A stretch of 64,000 bases of DNA from a plasmid, in the sequence record NZ_CP103154.1. One strand, given 5' to 3'. Below the pieces are notes generated by a model. It did not search any database. It was not told where the DNA came from and saw only the letters and a list, made by a program, of their open reading frames with translations. Made by a program: the position numbers and the translations under genes. This document shows positions 30,201 to 40,076 of this stretch, in pieces (the first letter of the stretch is position 1; every line of letters starts with the position of its first letter).

Positions 30201-31400
30201 TCATTTGCTTGCTTTTTTCTTTTTAGAGACAGCCTTCTGTTTAGGCTGATCCGGTTTTTCTTCTTCTTTTTCCGGAGCCGGATAAAACTTGGTGGCTACC
30301 ATCACAATGCGGTTACGCTTCTCCCCACTTTTAGAATCCGTCCATTCTTCCGGCTTAAAGTAGCCTTCAACGGTTATCAGCTCACCTTTTTTCAATACAT
30401 CGAAGGAATCCAGTGCTTCATTCTTTCTCCAGGCTTCAATCCCCATGAAAGCGGAAACATAAGAGGTTTCTTCACCTGTCTTGTCTGCACGGCTGACCGC
30501 GATAGAAAAGCGTGCTACGCTTGCTGTTTCAAAACTACGGATTTCTGCATCCTTACCGATAAAACCTGTTACTGCGAATGAATTTTCAATCTTTTTCATA
30601 TCTCTGATTTTTTAGAAGTTAATTAATCAATTTTACAGTGCAATAACTGATTGTTGGCTTTGGGGGACACCATGAAAAAAGATATAAATACTCTTTTTAT
30701 GCTGGCCGGAAAAAGGAAGATTTGTAACTTTTTTATTGGTGAAGATGGCAGCAAATAATTCGGGTTAAATACGCTTTTTATGCAAGGCAAAAAAAGGAAG
30801 ATTTCAGACGAATAACAACGTGGTGTTTGTGAATCGTCCCCTTATCCCCGTAAAAGGGGTTAGCAACAATCTATATTTGCAACGGAAAATGATTTGACTT
30901 CCCTAAAAAATGATATGAAAAAGACAAAACTTGAAAATCAGCAACAGGTTTGGAAAGGATGCAAAAAACAACCGGTCAGACAGCAAGCATGGCACATTCC
31001 GAAAATATGGTCAGCCGCCTATCGACACACCGGAAGAAACCTCTGCAATTCCTTTTAAAAAAATGAAGCCGAAGAATGAAGCATACAATATTCCACGTAT
31101 CGAAAAAAGTGACTGCACGATAAAATGAAAGGCTGCAACGGAAGAACAGACTTGCGGATTCTGCGGGGAGAACATAACCATACAGGCATACAGCCACTAC
31201 AACTGTTTCCGGAAAAAGAAGATTATACAACCGGAAAAACAGAAAGGCATCCACTCGGAGAAAAGCAAGCAAACGATTGAAGCGGACTGCCGATTTAGCG
31301 GCGAAATATCCGACTACCTATATACAGCCCTAAAAGGCTGGGGCATATGGGTAAGCAACAGACTGCCGGGCAAATAAAAGGAGAGTGGCATAGCCGCCGG
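30181..31400. repeat. segmental duplication, copy 1: ssb plus its ~700-bp upstream leader; copy 2 at 33379-34590
   Basis: Long collinear identity between 30181-31400 and 33379-34590, including the terminator, the ssb gene body (decayed in copy 2) and the upstream noncoding region. Confidence 0.8.
30201..30599 (-). CDS. ssb: single-stranded DNA-binding protein-like (OB fold), plasmid/ICE type
   Basis: 132 aa; FAVTGFIGKDAEIRSFETASVARFSIAVSR...ITVEGYFKPEEWTDSKSGEKRNRIVMVATKF; Lys-rich tail. Confidence 0.7.
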   Translation of the reverse strand: MKKIENSFAVTGFIGKDAEIRSFETASVARFSIAVSRADKTGEETSYVSAFMGIEAWRKNEALDSFDVLKKGELITVEGYFKPEEWTDSKSGEKRNRIVMVATKFYPAPEKEEEKPDQPKQKAVSKKKKASK

Positions 31401-31563
31401 AAAGAGGTTGTCTCGATGTGGCCGAAGCTCCGAAAGCAGACCGGATATGCCTCTCTCCTTTGCCTTCCCCATTCCTGGATTTCACACAATCACGGAGCCT
31501 GCGAGTGACTATGAGAAATCCTGAAACGGGGACAGTCACTCCGCTGAAAGGGTGGGTGGGAAA
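31348..31563. ncRNA. variant of the structured 3' module of the repeat family (candidate structured RNA or ssDNA element)
   Basis: Shares the 5' motif GGGTAAGCAACAGACTGCCGGG and the 3' motif ...CAGTCACTCCGCTGAAAGGGTGGGTGGGAAA with the 685-bp module; compensatory base changes keep two hairpins. Confidence 0.45.
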
Positions 31564-31665
31564 CATGTGACTTTCTCCAAAATAACAAATAGGGGTATAA
31601 AGATCTCAAAAGAAAAGAAAGCCGTTCCAGAAAAGACTGGAGCAACTATCACCATCTACTGTTCT

Positions 31666-32943
31666 TTAAGTTAATTGCAGCAAATCCAAATCATCAGTGA
31701 CCAATCCATCCAATACATGTTGGATTTTATCAAATATAGCCTTATCTATGCCATACGTGGCGCATAACGATTGAAATTTGCTTACAGCATCGAACACCTG
31801 TAATATCTTCTTTTCGGGCTCCTCTACAAAATCCTCGGCAAAGTTGACGAAATCACTTGTAGTCAAGGCAGACCTTTTGCCCATCACGCCCATCGAATGA
31901 ATGTGTGCTGAAGAATTTTCCCATGTATTTGCCGTGAACATTACATCATATGCAGGTGATAAACGCCATACCCCTGCCTTATCCATGATAAACGATATGT
32001 TCTTATTATGATCATCGGATATACCTGCGACATAATTAAATACCATTCTGATAAATATCTGATCTTTGTCTTCCTGGGGAAGTTTCAGAGTCTCTGCTAT
32101 CCAACACAGCTTCATATAATCATCTGCACCCGGCATAATGGCCGCAAGGGTCTGACTAAAGAGCTTTTCTCCATTCTTACGATCAAATCTTTCCGTTACG
32201 AAATGATTTCTTCCATCAATTTCTTTCAGGAAGCATGGCATCATGTTGATTCCCGCCGCCTTTGCCATTTCGCTATATACCATTTCTATCTCTGTGGTAG
32301 GAGAGTCATCTGCTTCTTTAAATTTGATGATATACTGCTTAAAATTTTCAGGCAAATCCACCTGGCCGGAACGAAACTCTTCCGTTTCGAGATTATAGGC
32401 AATCACTGCCTTCGGGCGCATGCCACCGGCAGAAGTTCCAAGATATATCAACTTTTTCATCGTGAGGCTATCCTCCGGTGATATGACAGCAGCATCTCGA
32501 TCATTATATATTTTAGAAGCCAAAGTTGCCAATGATGACATATTTACTGACTCATGGATGGCATCATCATTAAATTCCGGTTCAAATTCCAATGCTCCCA
32601 TAGCCCTCTTGCCAATATAAGAGAGCTTCAATAGAGGCAATGATTCCGTAACCTTTATATTATTATCCGTGAGCCATTGGTCAAATAGGGAAGCCCCCCA
32701 TTTGTCAGGAAGCGCATCTGCAAGAAATTCCGGAAGCCCTTGATATAATTTATCTTTATTCCCATAGAAAGACGCAAACAAAGGGGTTCTCTTAGGGTGT
32801 GTGGAAGGGCATATATCATAATCTTGTTTCCTATATTCATCCGTAAATTGGAATACAGAACAATGCTTTTCAAAGTCCCAATTCAATTTGCCAATGCAAG
32901 TCCCCCACAGATATACATTCACTATAATCGGCTCTTTCTTCAT
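31666..32943 (-). CDS. hipA: HipA-family serine/threonine kinase toxin
   Basis: 425 aa; GTSAGGMRPK phosphate-binding loop and DDHNKNISF catalytic motif; start overlaps the HTH gene stop (ATGA). Confidence 0.8.
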   Translation of the reverse strand: MKKEPIIVNVYLWGTCIGKLNWDFEKHCSVFQFTDEYRKQDYDICPSTHPKRTPLFASFYGNKDKLYQGLPEFLADALPDKWGASLFDQWLTDNNIKVTESLPLLKLSYIGKRAMGALEFEPEFNDDAIHESVNMSSLATLASKIYNDRDAAVISPEDSLTMKKLIYLGTSAGGMRPKAVIAYNLETEEFRSGQVDLPENFKQYIIKFKEADDSPTTEIEMVYSEMAKAAGINMMPCFLKEIDGRNHFVTERFDRKNGEKLFSQTLAAIMPGADDYMKLCWIAETLKLPQEDKDQIFIRMVFNYVAGISDDHNKNISFIMDKAGVWRLSPAYDVMFTANTWENSSAHIHSMGVMGKRSALTTSDFVNFAEDFVEEPEKKILQVFDAVSKFQSLCATYGIDKAIFDKIQHVLDGLVTDDLDLLQLT

Positions 32944-33278
32944 ACCATCTTACGTTTACCGTTAATTCTTTGTATTCTTTTACCTGTTTTTTCATTGATT
33001 AGGAAAGGGGAGTCTGGAAGTTCCGGAACCAAACCGACAACGCCTTCAAGAGTTCCACTTATACGCAAAATCTTAAGCAATGTACTTAGGGCAATATCAC
33101 TTACTTTACAAGATTCTATTCTCTTAATAGTAACGATAGATACTCCTGCCTTATCCGCAAATTCTTGCTGGGAAAAACAGCAGCTAAGTCTTATAGACTT
33201 AACTCTCTTGCAGATTTCCTTTACAATACATTCATCTGAAAATTCGTATATTGTATATGTATCATATAATCTTTTCAT
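32940..33278 (-). CDS. hipB: XRE-family HTH protein, HipB-like antitoxin
   Basis: 112 aa; HTH segment LSCCFSQQEFADKAGVSIVTIKRIES; immediately upstream of and overlapping hipA. Confidence 0.7.
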   Translation of the reverse strand: MKRLYDTYTIYEFSDECIVKEICKRVKSIRLSCCFSQQEFADKAGVSIVTIKRIESCKVSDIALSTLLKILRISGTLEGVVGLVPELPDSPFLINEKTGKRIQRINGKRKMV

Positions 33279-33378
33279 AGAAAAACATATTTAGGTATCA
33301 TTTTTGATACAAAAATACCGATAAATCTGAAAATCACCAAATTAAGAAACACTTTTTTTATAATCTTCTGCCGCATTA

Positions 33379-34590
33379 GCAAACGATTGAAGCGACCTTG
33401 TGCCGCTTCAATCGTTTGATTGCTTTTTCTTTTTAGTCCGGGGGTTCTTATTTTTCCGGAGTCGGGTAGAACTTAGTAGCTACCATCACAATGCGGTTAC
33501 GTTTCTCCCCACTTTTAGAATCCGTCCATTCTTCCGGCTTAAAGTAGCCTTCAACGGTAATCAGTACATCTTTTTGCAGTATCCAAAAAGCATAGCGGTC
33601 TTCCATCTTACTCTAGGCTTCAACTTTCATAACAGAGGAAACAAATGTTTTTTCTTCATTTATCTTGCCTATGCGACTGACCACAATAGAGAAGTGTGCA
33701 ACCTTTACTATTTCGAATAAATGGATTTCTGCATCCCTACAAATCCTGCCTGTTACTGCGAATGAATTTTCAATCTTTTTCATATCTCTGATTTTTTAGA
33801 AGTTAATTAATCAATTTTACAGTGCAATAACTGATTGTTGGCTTTGGGGGACACCATGAAAAAGATATAAATACTCTTTTTATGCTGGCCGGAAAAAGGA
33901 AGATTTGTAACTTTTTTATTGGTGAAGATGGCAACGAATAATTCGGGTTAAATACGCTTTTTGTGCAAGGCAAAAAAGGAAGATTTCAGACGAATAACAA
34001 CGTGGTGTTTGTGAATCGTCCCCTTATCCCCGTAAAAGGGGTTAGCAACAATCTATATTTGCAACGGAAAATGATTTGACTTCCCTAAAAAATGATATGA
34101 AAAAGACAAAACTTGAAAATCAGTAACAGGTTTGGAAAGGATGCAAAAAACAACCGGTTAGACAGCAAGCATGGCACATCCCGAAAAGATGGTCAGCCGC
34201 CTATCGACACACCGGAAGAAACATCTGCAATTCCTTTTAAAAAAATGAAGCCGAAGAATGAAGCATATCATATTCCACGTATCGAAAAAAGTGACTGCAC
34301 GATAAAATGAAAAGCTGCAACGGAAGAACTGACTTGCGGATTCTGCGGGAGAACATAACCACACAGGCATACAGCCACTACACCTGTTTCCAATAAAAGA
34401 AGATTACACCACCGGAAAAGCAGAAAGGCTCCACTCGGAGAAAAGCAAGCAAACGATTGAAGCGGACTGCCGATTTGGCAGCGAAATATCCAACTACCTA
34501 TCTACAGCCCTAAAAGGCTAGGACATATGGGTAAGCAACAGACTGCCGGGCAGTCACTCCGCTGAAAGGGTGGGTGGGAAAAAACTAAGT
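33379..34590. repeat. segmental duplication, copy 2 (see 30181-31400)
   Basis: Collinear with copy 1; carries the ssb pseudogene and a deletion variant of the structured module at 34508-34580. Confidence 0.8.
33420..33790 (-). pseudogene. degenerate second copy of the ssb gene
   Basis: DNA homologous to 30201..30599 but with indels and stops; no intact ORF. Confidence 0.6.
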
Positions 34591-34654
34591 GGACGCAAAA
34601 AACAACCTTACCATTGGGGGATAAACTTCCCCCTATTTTCACTTCACATATTCT

Positions 34655-35137
34655 TTACCCCACTTCAATTGATTCAACAAACTTCAACAACAAAGCGACT
34701 GTTACCGTATGAAATGAAAGCTGATTGAACAACTTATGCGCTTTCAGCATCTCAATAGCGGCTTCAGCCGTAACAACTCTCTGTTCATAAAGCCGAATTG
34801 TCGCATATAACTGGTCATTTGCGACAGGCCCCATTATTAGGTCATAGTCACCGTTTTCTCTTCCTCTGCGGTTGTTGACAACAAACTCCAGCCATTCTTT
34901 TGTTGCACCCATAAACCGAAGAACCGGATATTCCCTATCAAGAATATCATCGGGAACTTCATAAACAGAGACGATTGCTTTTTCGCTCTGTTCCCTGTTC
35001 TTCTTCAACAAAGCCCATTTTTTTGCTTGTTCAAAGTTGGTTGTCGTATAAAATCCCTTCCCAAAGTCCGTAGCCTTCCGTCCTTTCTGTATATTAGGGC
35101 GTTTCACGGTAACTGTAGATCCATGAAATAGTCTCAT
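34655..35137 (-). CDS. DUF3990-like protein (second member of a DUF3791/DUF3990 pair)
   Basis: MRLFHGSTVTVKRPNI...DFGKGFYTT N-terminus typical of this family; overlaps the upstream ORF by 4 nt. Confidence 0.5.
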   Translation of the reverse strand: MRLFHGSTVTVKRPNIQKGRKATDFGKGFYTTTNFEQAKKWALLKKNREQSEKAIVSVYEVPDDILDREYPVLRFMGATKEWLEFVVNNRRGRENGDYDLIMGPVANDQLYATIRLYEQRVVTAEAAIEMLKAHKLFNQLSFHTVTVALLLKFVESIEVG

Positions 35138-35583
35138 TTTCTTTTATTGATATAAGTCGTTATAGTATCTAATATATATTCGGGGTCTTGGGTATGAAGC
35201 ATTTCAAAAGTCTCATCCAAAAAATCAAAAACCCCATAGTCCGAAAACAACAACAAGGTTTCTTCCGCACTTTGTTTCTTTTCCTCCCTATAATTCTCAA
35301 TGCAGAACATCTTGAAAAGCAGGATCTTCGTGTCACCGTTATACCGTCGTTTTTCTTCTGTTTTTTCCTTCTCCAATGTTTCATAAAGCGACAATGTACT
35401 TGAATACCATAACTTGGTACTCTTATCCAGCAAAGATTTATACAACTTGGAAGAATATATATAATACAGTGCATCGCCTAAAGGCAATGCCTTTTTCTTC
35501 ATGACCAGTTCTACCAGCTCTCTCATCACGAATGGGAGCATGGTTGAGTCAAGTTCTCCTTGATTTTTATGAGTAATTTCCAT
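35134..35583 (-). CDS. DUF3791-like protein (partner of the DUF3990-like gene)
   Basis: 149 aa, gene pair with overlapping stop/start. Confidence 0.45.
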   Translation of the reverse strand: MEITHKNQGELDSTMLPFVMRELVELVMKKKALPLGDALYYIYSSKLYKSLLDKSTKLWYSSTLSLYETLEKEKTEEKRRYNGDTKILLFKMFCIENYREEKKQSAEETLLLFSDYGVFDFLDETFEMLHTQDPEYILDTITTYINKRK

Positions 35584-35879
35584 ATTCTTGTTGTTATTAC
35601 TTTAGCATATTTTCGAAAACACCTTCTTCACAGTTCTTTATACACACCTGACACTCGGCCACCACTTCTCTTAATATTCGGGCACATTCTTCATTCGAAT
35701 GCCCTTGCAGTAATTCATAGGCATATCGCATCAGTTCATTAGCTTCCATTGTTTCCATCCTTATCAATAATATTCAAGTTCATCATTATTTTCTGCAACG
35801 ACTCCATATTTGGAGTTCCTAACCAACACACACCTATGCAAAAGGTCATATTGTTCTCTGTATCTGAAAAACGCATATT

Positions 35880-37230
35880 GTTTTACCTTTTACAAACATT
35901 GTTGTCCCATTAAAATCTAAAAGAGTTCTTTGAAATATTTGAAATTTAGTTAGTTACAGCGATTTTCCGAGCGAACGGACTTGAATTTGTAGCTTTGCAT
36001 CAGATTAATCCGATGGCATATGTTCCAAGACAAATACGTTTTCGCTCAATTGGCTTCATTTCTGAATCGAAGTAAGTTTAACCGCATAGTCACCAAGTAT
36101 GATGGTGATAAATATGTGAAGCACTTCACCTGCTGGAATCAACTACTTGCTTTGATGTTTGGTCAACTTTCTAATCGTGAAAGTCTGCGAGATTTGATAG
36201 TTGCTCTTGAAGCTCATCATTCCAAATGTTATCATTTAGGAATGGGTAAAAATGTATCAAAGTCATCGCTGGCAAGAGCAAATCAAGATAGAGACTATCA
36301 CATCTTTGAAGAATATGCTTACTACCTGGTTAGCGAAGCACGACAAAAGTGTGCTAATCATATTTTCAAACTTGGCGGTAACGTTTATGCTTTCGATTCG
36401 ACTACTATTGACCTGTGCCTTTCAGTCTTTTGGTGGGCAAAATTCCGCAAAAAGAAAGGTGGTATCAAAGTGCATACATTATATGATGTGGAAACACAGA
36501 TTCCTGCATTCTTTCATATCACGGAAGCATCCGTACACGATTCTAAAGTTATGATTGAAATTCCTTATGAACCAAGCTCTTATTACATCTTTGACCGCGG
36601 TTATAACAACTTCAAAATACTGTATAAAATTCATCAAATTGAAGCCTACTTTGTTGTCAGAGCAAAAAAGAATCTCGGGTACAAATCCATCCAATGGAAA
36701 CGTAGGCTGCCTAAGAATGTGCTTTCAGACGCAAGTGTATTTCTGACAGGATTCTATCCTAAACAATATTATCCAGAGCCACTTAGACTGGTTAAATATT
36801 GGGATGAAGAACAAGAACGAGAATTTACATTCATAACCAATGCGATGCATATATCTGCGCTTCAAGTTGCTGAACTTTATAAAAATCGCTGGCAGGTAGA
36901 GCTGTTTTTCAAATGGCTCAAGCAGCACCTTAAAATCAAAAGATTTTGGGGAACTACAGAGAATGCTGTTCGAATACAGATATATGCTGCTATATGCGCT
37001 TACTGTTTGGTGGCAATCATTCAACACGATATGCAACTGAACAGAAGTACATATGAAGTGTTACAAATACTGAGCATCTCATTGACTGATAAGACTCATC
37101 TGAGAGACCTCTTTGATAAAACTAAATTTCAAAATGACAAAGAACGATTCGGACCAAATGGGCCAAGTTTATTTAATTTTTAATTCGTCCCAATTTTAAT
37201 GGGACACTAATGTTTTACAAAGGTAAAACA
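35880..37230 (+). mobile_element. IS4-family insertion sequence (~1.35 kb)
   Basis: Imperfect ~37-bp terminal inverted repeats (left GTTTTACCTTTTACAAACATTGTTGTCCCATTAAAAT; right end is its reverse complement with three mismatches) bracket a DDE transposase gene. Confidence 0.8.
36020..37183 (+). CDS. IS4-family DDE transposase
   Basis: 387 aa; YAFDSTTIDLC and IFDRGY Asp motifs and NRWQVELFFKWLKQ Glu region typical of the IS4/DDE_Tnp_1 family. Confidence 0.85.
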   Translation: MFQDKYVFAQLASFLNRSKFNRIVTKYDGDKYVKHFTCWNQLLALMFGQLSNRESLRDLIVALEAHHSKCYHLGMGKNVSKSSLARANQDRDYHIFEEYAYYLVSEARQKCANHIFKLGGNVYAFDSTTIDLCLSVFWWAKFRKKKGGIKVHTLYDVETQIPAFFHITEASVHDSKVMIEIPYEPSSYYIFDRGYNNFKILYKIHQIEAYFVVRAKKNLGYKSIQWKRRLPKNVLSDASVFLTGFYPKQYYPEPLRLVKYWDEEQEREFTFITNAMHISALQVAELYKNRWQVELFFKWLKQHLKIKRFWGTTENAVRIQIYAAICAYCLVAIIQHDMQLNRSTYEVLQILSISLTDKTHLRDLFDKTKFQNDKERFGPNGPSLFNF

Positions 37231-37376
37231 ATTAAGTAAAATTCATCTATCATTGCTTTTCATATTTATTGTGTCTTTCTCTTTTGCATCGGAAGTATTA
37301 GCACTTACAGCAACCAGACAGTATGACATCGCCACGTTTGATCATACCGCTGGAAAACAACGATATACAATCTGAA

Positions 37377-38009
37377 TCAAAACAGATTGTATATCACCAA
37401 TTTCTTTTTTTGTGCCTTGTTAAACGTATAAGAAGTTCCTCCGGCAGATTTTCCATCCCAATAGGCAATCAGCCTACAGGCGTGTGAAATCATGTAATCA
37501 TTACGGTGGGCATAGCATTGGGCATAATAATATTCGGATAGAACTACCACCTTGTCGGCTTGGCGCAAAATATCAGCATACCTCTGTTTGTCCTCTTTGT
37601 TGAAATACACATCTTGCCCGACATAAGGAACAACCGCCACCAAAACCATATCGGGATATTGTTTCCTTTGTTCAAGTACGGTATGAGCAGCCATCATGTC
37701 AAATCCAACCGCACAACCAATATAGAAAAAACGGATTCCATTCTCATAGCAGAAACGTACCTCTTCATTCAACGATACGGACAAAGCATATTTATTTGTT
37801 CGTATCGTTCTATGACCGGTAAAAGCAACGGACATCATTTTCATCCATTTATCACGTGCCTTTCTACATATATCCAACGAACCTGCCGAAGTTTCATACA
37901 CCATTCCATTCACCTCATAACGATAAGTGAACCAAGTAGTATCTCCAAAGATATCCTTCTGCTTCTCTATATAACTCTCTTTTTCTTTCATCTTATAACA
38001 TACGGACAA
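37377..38009 (-). CDS. SLOG-superfamily protein (DprA/YpsA/DUF1273-like Rossmann domain)
   Basis: VAFTGHRT, IGCAVGFDMMAAHTVLE and HRNDYMISHACRLIAYWDGKSAGGTSYT motifs match the SLOG (Smf/DprA-LOG) pattern; 210 aa. Confidence 0.6.
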   Translation of the reverse strand: MSVCYKMKEKESYIEKQKDIFGDTTWFTYRYEVNGMVYETSAGSLDICRKARDKWMKMMSVAFTGHRTIRTNKYALSVSLNEEVRFCYENGIRFFYIGCAVGFDMMAAHTVLEQRKQYPDMVLVAVVPYVGQDVYFNKEDKQRYADILRQADKVVVLSEYYYAQCYAHRNDYMISHACRLIAYWDGKSAGGTSYTFNKAQKKKLVIYNLF

Positions 38010-38559
38010 CTGTTTTACCTAAAAAGAAACCTCCCAAAACCTCACCTCCTATTTTTTCCAACTGACATGCGAAACGAGCATACGAAAACCCTTTTGTTAA
38101 AATATCGTCAAATACCAAGATTTTCTTACCCCGAAAAAAGTCCTTGTCAAATTCTATCACTTGTACTTTTTGAAGCGACTTGCTGTCAAATTTCTCGTGA
38201 ATAGCCAAACGATCTCCACTGACACGTATATGTTCATACGCATTGATAGCACCTGAAAACTTACACACAGCCGAAGCAAACCCCTTATAACGAAGTTCAT
38301 TCTTATCAGCGGAAGAAGCCGGAACACAAGCAAAAACAATATTCTTAACATCATCACCAAAAACTTGATGTAACTTATTCGCTATCATCCAAGCTATATT
38401 CAAATAAGCTTTTCCATCCTTAAAACTCCATATCATCTTACGAATTTGCCATTCTCTTTCCGTTGCCTGCCGATATTGCATAGGAAGATACTCAAAGAAA
38501 GAAAACATCATCTTATGCCATTGTCTGTCTAAACTAGGATATTTACTCTGATGTGCCAT
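37993..38559 (-). CDS. phosphoribosyltransferase-fold protein (ComF-like PRTase)
   Basis: C-terminal PRPP-binding-like motif KKILVFDDILTKGFSYARFACQLEKIGGEV; 188 aa; overlaps the SLOG gene by 17 nt. Confidence 0.6.
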   Translation of the reverse strand: MAHQSKYPSLDRQWHKMMFSFFEYLPMQYRQATEREWQIRKMIWSFKDGKAYLNIAWMIANKLHQVFGDDVKNIVFACVPASSADKNELRYKGFASAVCKFSGAINAYEHIRVSGDRLAIHEKFDSKSLQKVQVIEFDKDFFRGKKILVFDDILTKGFSYARFACQLEKIGGEVLGGFFLGKTVVRML

Positions 38560-38570
38560 AGTCTTTTATC

Positions 38571-39252
38571 TATTAAAATTAAACTTATGCTTCAGCTAGA
38601 TTTAAAGACCTTTTTTTAAACCCCTTTCCGGGATGGCCTTTTCTTTCTGCCGACTTTTTTTTTGAGCTTTCATGCCCCATCTGAGTTTATGAGCCTTTTT
38701 TTTACGGCACGCATCAATAAGGAAGGAGGGATTAAGAAAAGTTTTGGACGACAAAAAATGTTGGGGACAGCGAAGCCGTCCGGCGTTATTTTTTTCGGGA
38801 CAAAGGGCGAAGACCGGAACTCTTTCGTATCCATCCACCGAAATAAATTTGCCGTTCAAAAACAAAGGATCTCAGATGGAGCTATGAAAAAAGCACATTA
38901 GGGGAGGCAGAAAACAAGGAAAAGGGCAGTACGGAAAGTAAAACAAGCCATACGGTTTTGCAAGCAAAACCATACTCCTATCTCCCTGCCACAAGTGACA
39001 GGGGGGAACGGGTTAGCAACGGACTGCCGGGACAAACGGTAAAAGGAAGGGACTGCAATACGGAAGAAGGAGGTTGTTTCGGCAATGCCGAAGCTCCGGA
39101 TGATGACCATTGCAATCCCGCCCACGTTTGGAACTTCTCTTTTCCGGTTTACCCATAATCAGCCGCATAGCGGATGATTACGGGTAAACCGGGAATGAGA
39201 ACAGTCATTCCGATGAAGGGGAGGGTGGGAAAGAATACTGCGTGAACGCAAA
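38571..39252. repeat. ~685-bp conserved noncoding module, copy B
   Basis: Near-identical to copies A and C; its left end abuts the start codon (38559) of the PRTase-SLOG operon. Confidence 0.8.
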
Positions 39253-39370
39253 TTAATGGGATTACCAGTAACTCCAAGCGTTTTTTGCTACTTTTTTGGG
39301 GTGCTTGCCAAAAAGTAGCGGACAGCAAAATACCCTCCCTTCCCTAATCCAAAAGAAGGGAGAATGTGCT

Positions 39371-39724
39371 TCATTGAAGGTATATAGGTTCCGTTCCCTG
39401 ATTATAACAATACATAGTGTTATTTCTGAAACCATCAAAGCATATATGAAAATCATCGAAATCCTGTTCCGTGGCCAAACGAACCTTATCACTCAACAAA
39501 ACCATGCATTGTTTATTGACAGATGTAGCCAAAGAGGTAGTACGTCCCGGCTTTATCTCCAATGCCACCACATAAGAAGTCCTTCGTGGATAGATATACC
39601 CAATAATTTCCTCATTGAGTACAACCAAACGAATAACATCTTCATTCAAAACGGGAATATTATTAATTTTGCCCATCATTGTTATAATATAAATCAGTTT
39701 ATAATCATTAAAATACAATATCAT
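39371..39724 (-). CDS. hypothetical protein
   Basis: 117-aa ORF in a minus-strand gene string. Confidence 0.4.
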   Translation of the reverse strand: MILYFNDYKLIYIITMMGKINNIPVLNEDVIRLVVLNEEIIGYIYPRRTSYVVALEIKPGRTTSLATSVNKQCMVLLSDKVRLATEQDFDDFHICFDGFRNNTMYCYNQGTEPIYLQ

Positions 39725-40047
39725 TACAAATGATACCTATAATTTTTATAGGTAAACTTTTCCACCGAGACCACCTCATAAAGATAGTCTTCATGGCAAG
39801 AAGCCATTATACAGTTCTCACATTCAAGAATAGGATTTATAACTACACGGAATTTAATAGTGCCGTCCACCAGAACAAACTCCACCCGATTAAAGAACCC
39901 TTGTAGAGAATGCCCTTCCTTATCCATCAGACGCACTACTTCACCTGTAAAAACAGCCAATTCCTTAGCCTGCCATTTCGCTTTACGCAAACAACTGTTC
40001 GCCGCTTTGACGTTCTCATTCACCTCTTTTGTTCTTATTGCTTTCAT
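39724..40047 (-). CDS. hypothetical protein
   Basis: 107-aa ORF, tightly packed with neighbours. Confidence 0.45.
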   Translation of the reverse strand: MKAIRTKEVNENVKAANSCLRKAKWQAKELAVFTGEVVRLMDKEGHSLQGFFNRVEFVLVDGTIKFRVVINPILECENCIMASCHEDYLYEVVSVEKFTYKNYRYHL

Positions 40048-40076
40048 ACCAAAATCCTTTTTACATATTTATCTTG

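Noticed and set aside
30931-31128. 65-aa ORF (and its twin at 34113..34310) in the ssb upstream leader
   Set aside because: Between the two duplicate copies there are four nonsynonymous and three synonymous differences, so there is no sign of coding constraint. The region is better explained as the 5' leader or regulatory region of ssb.
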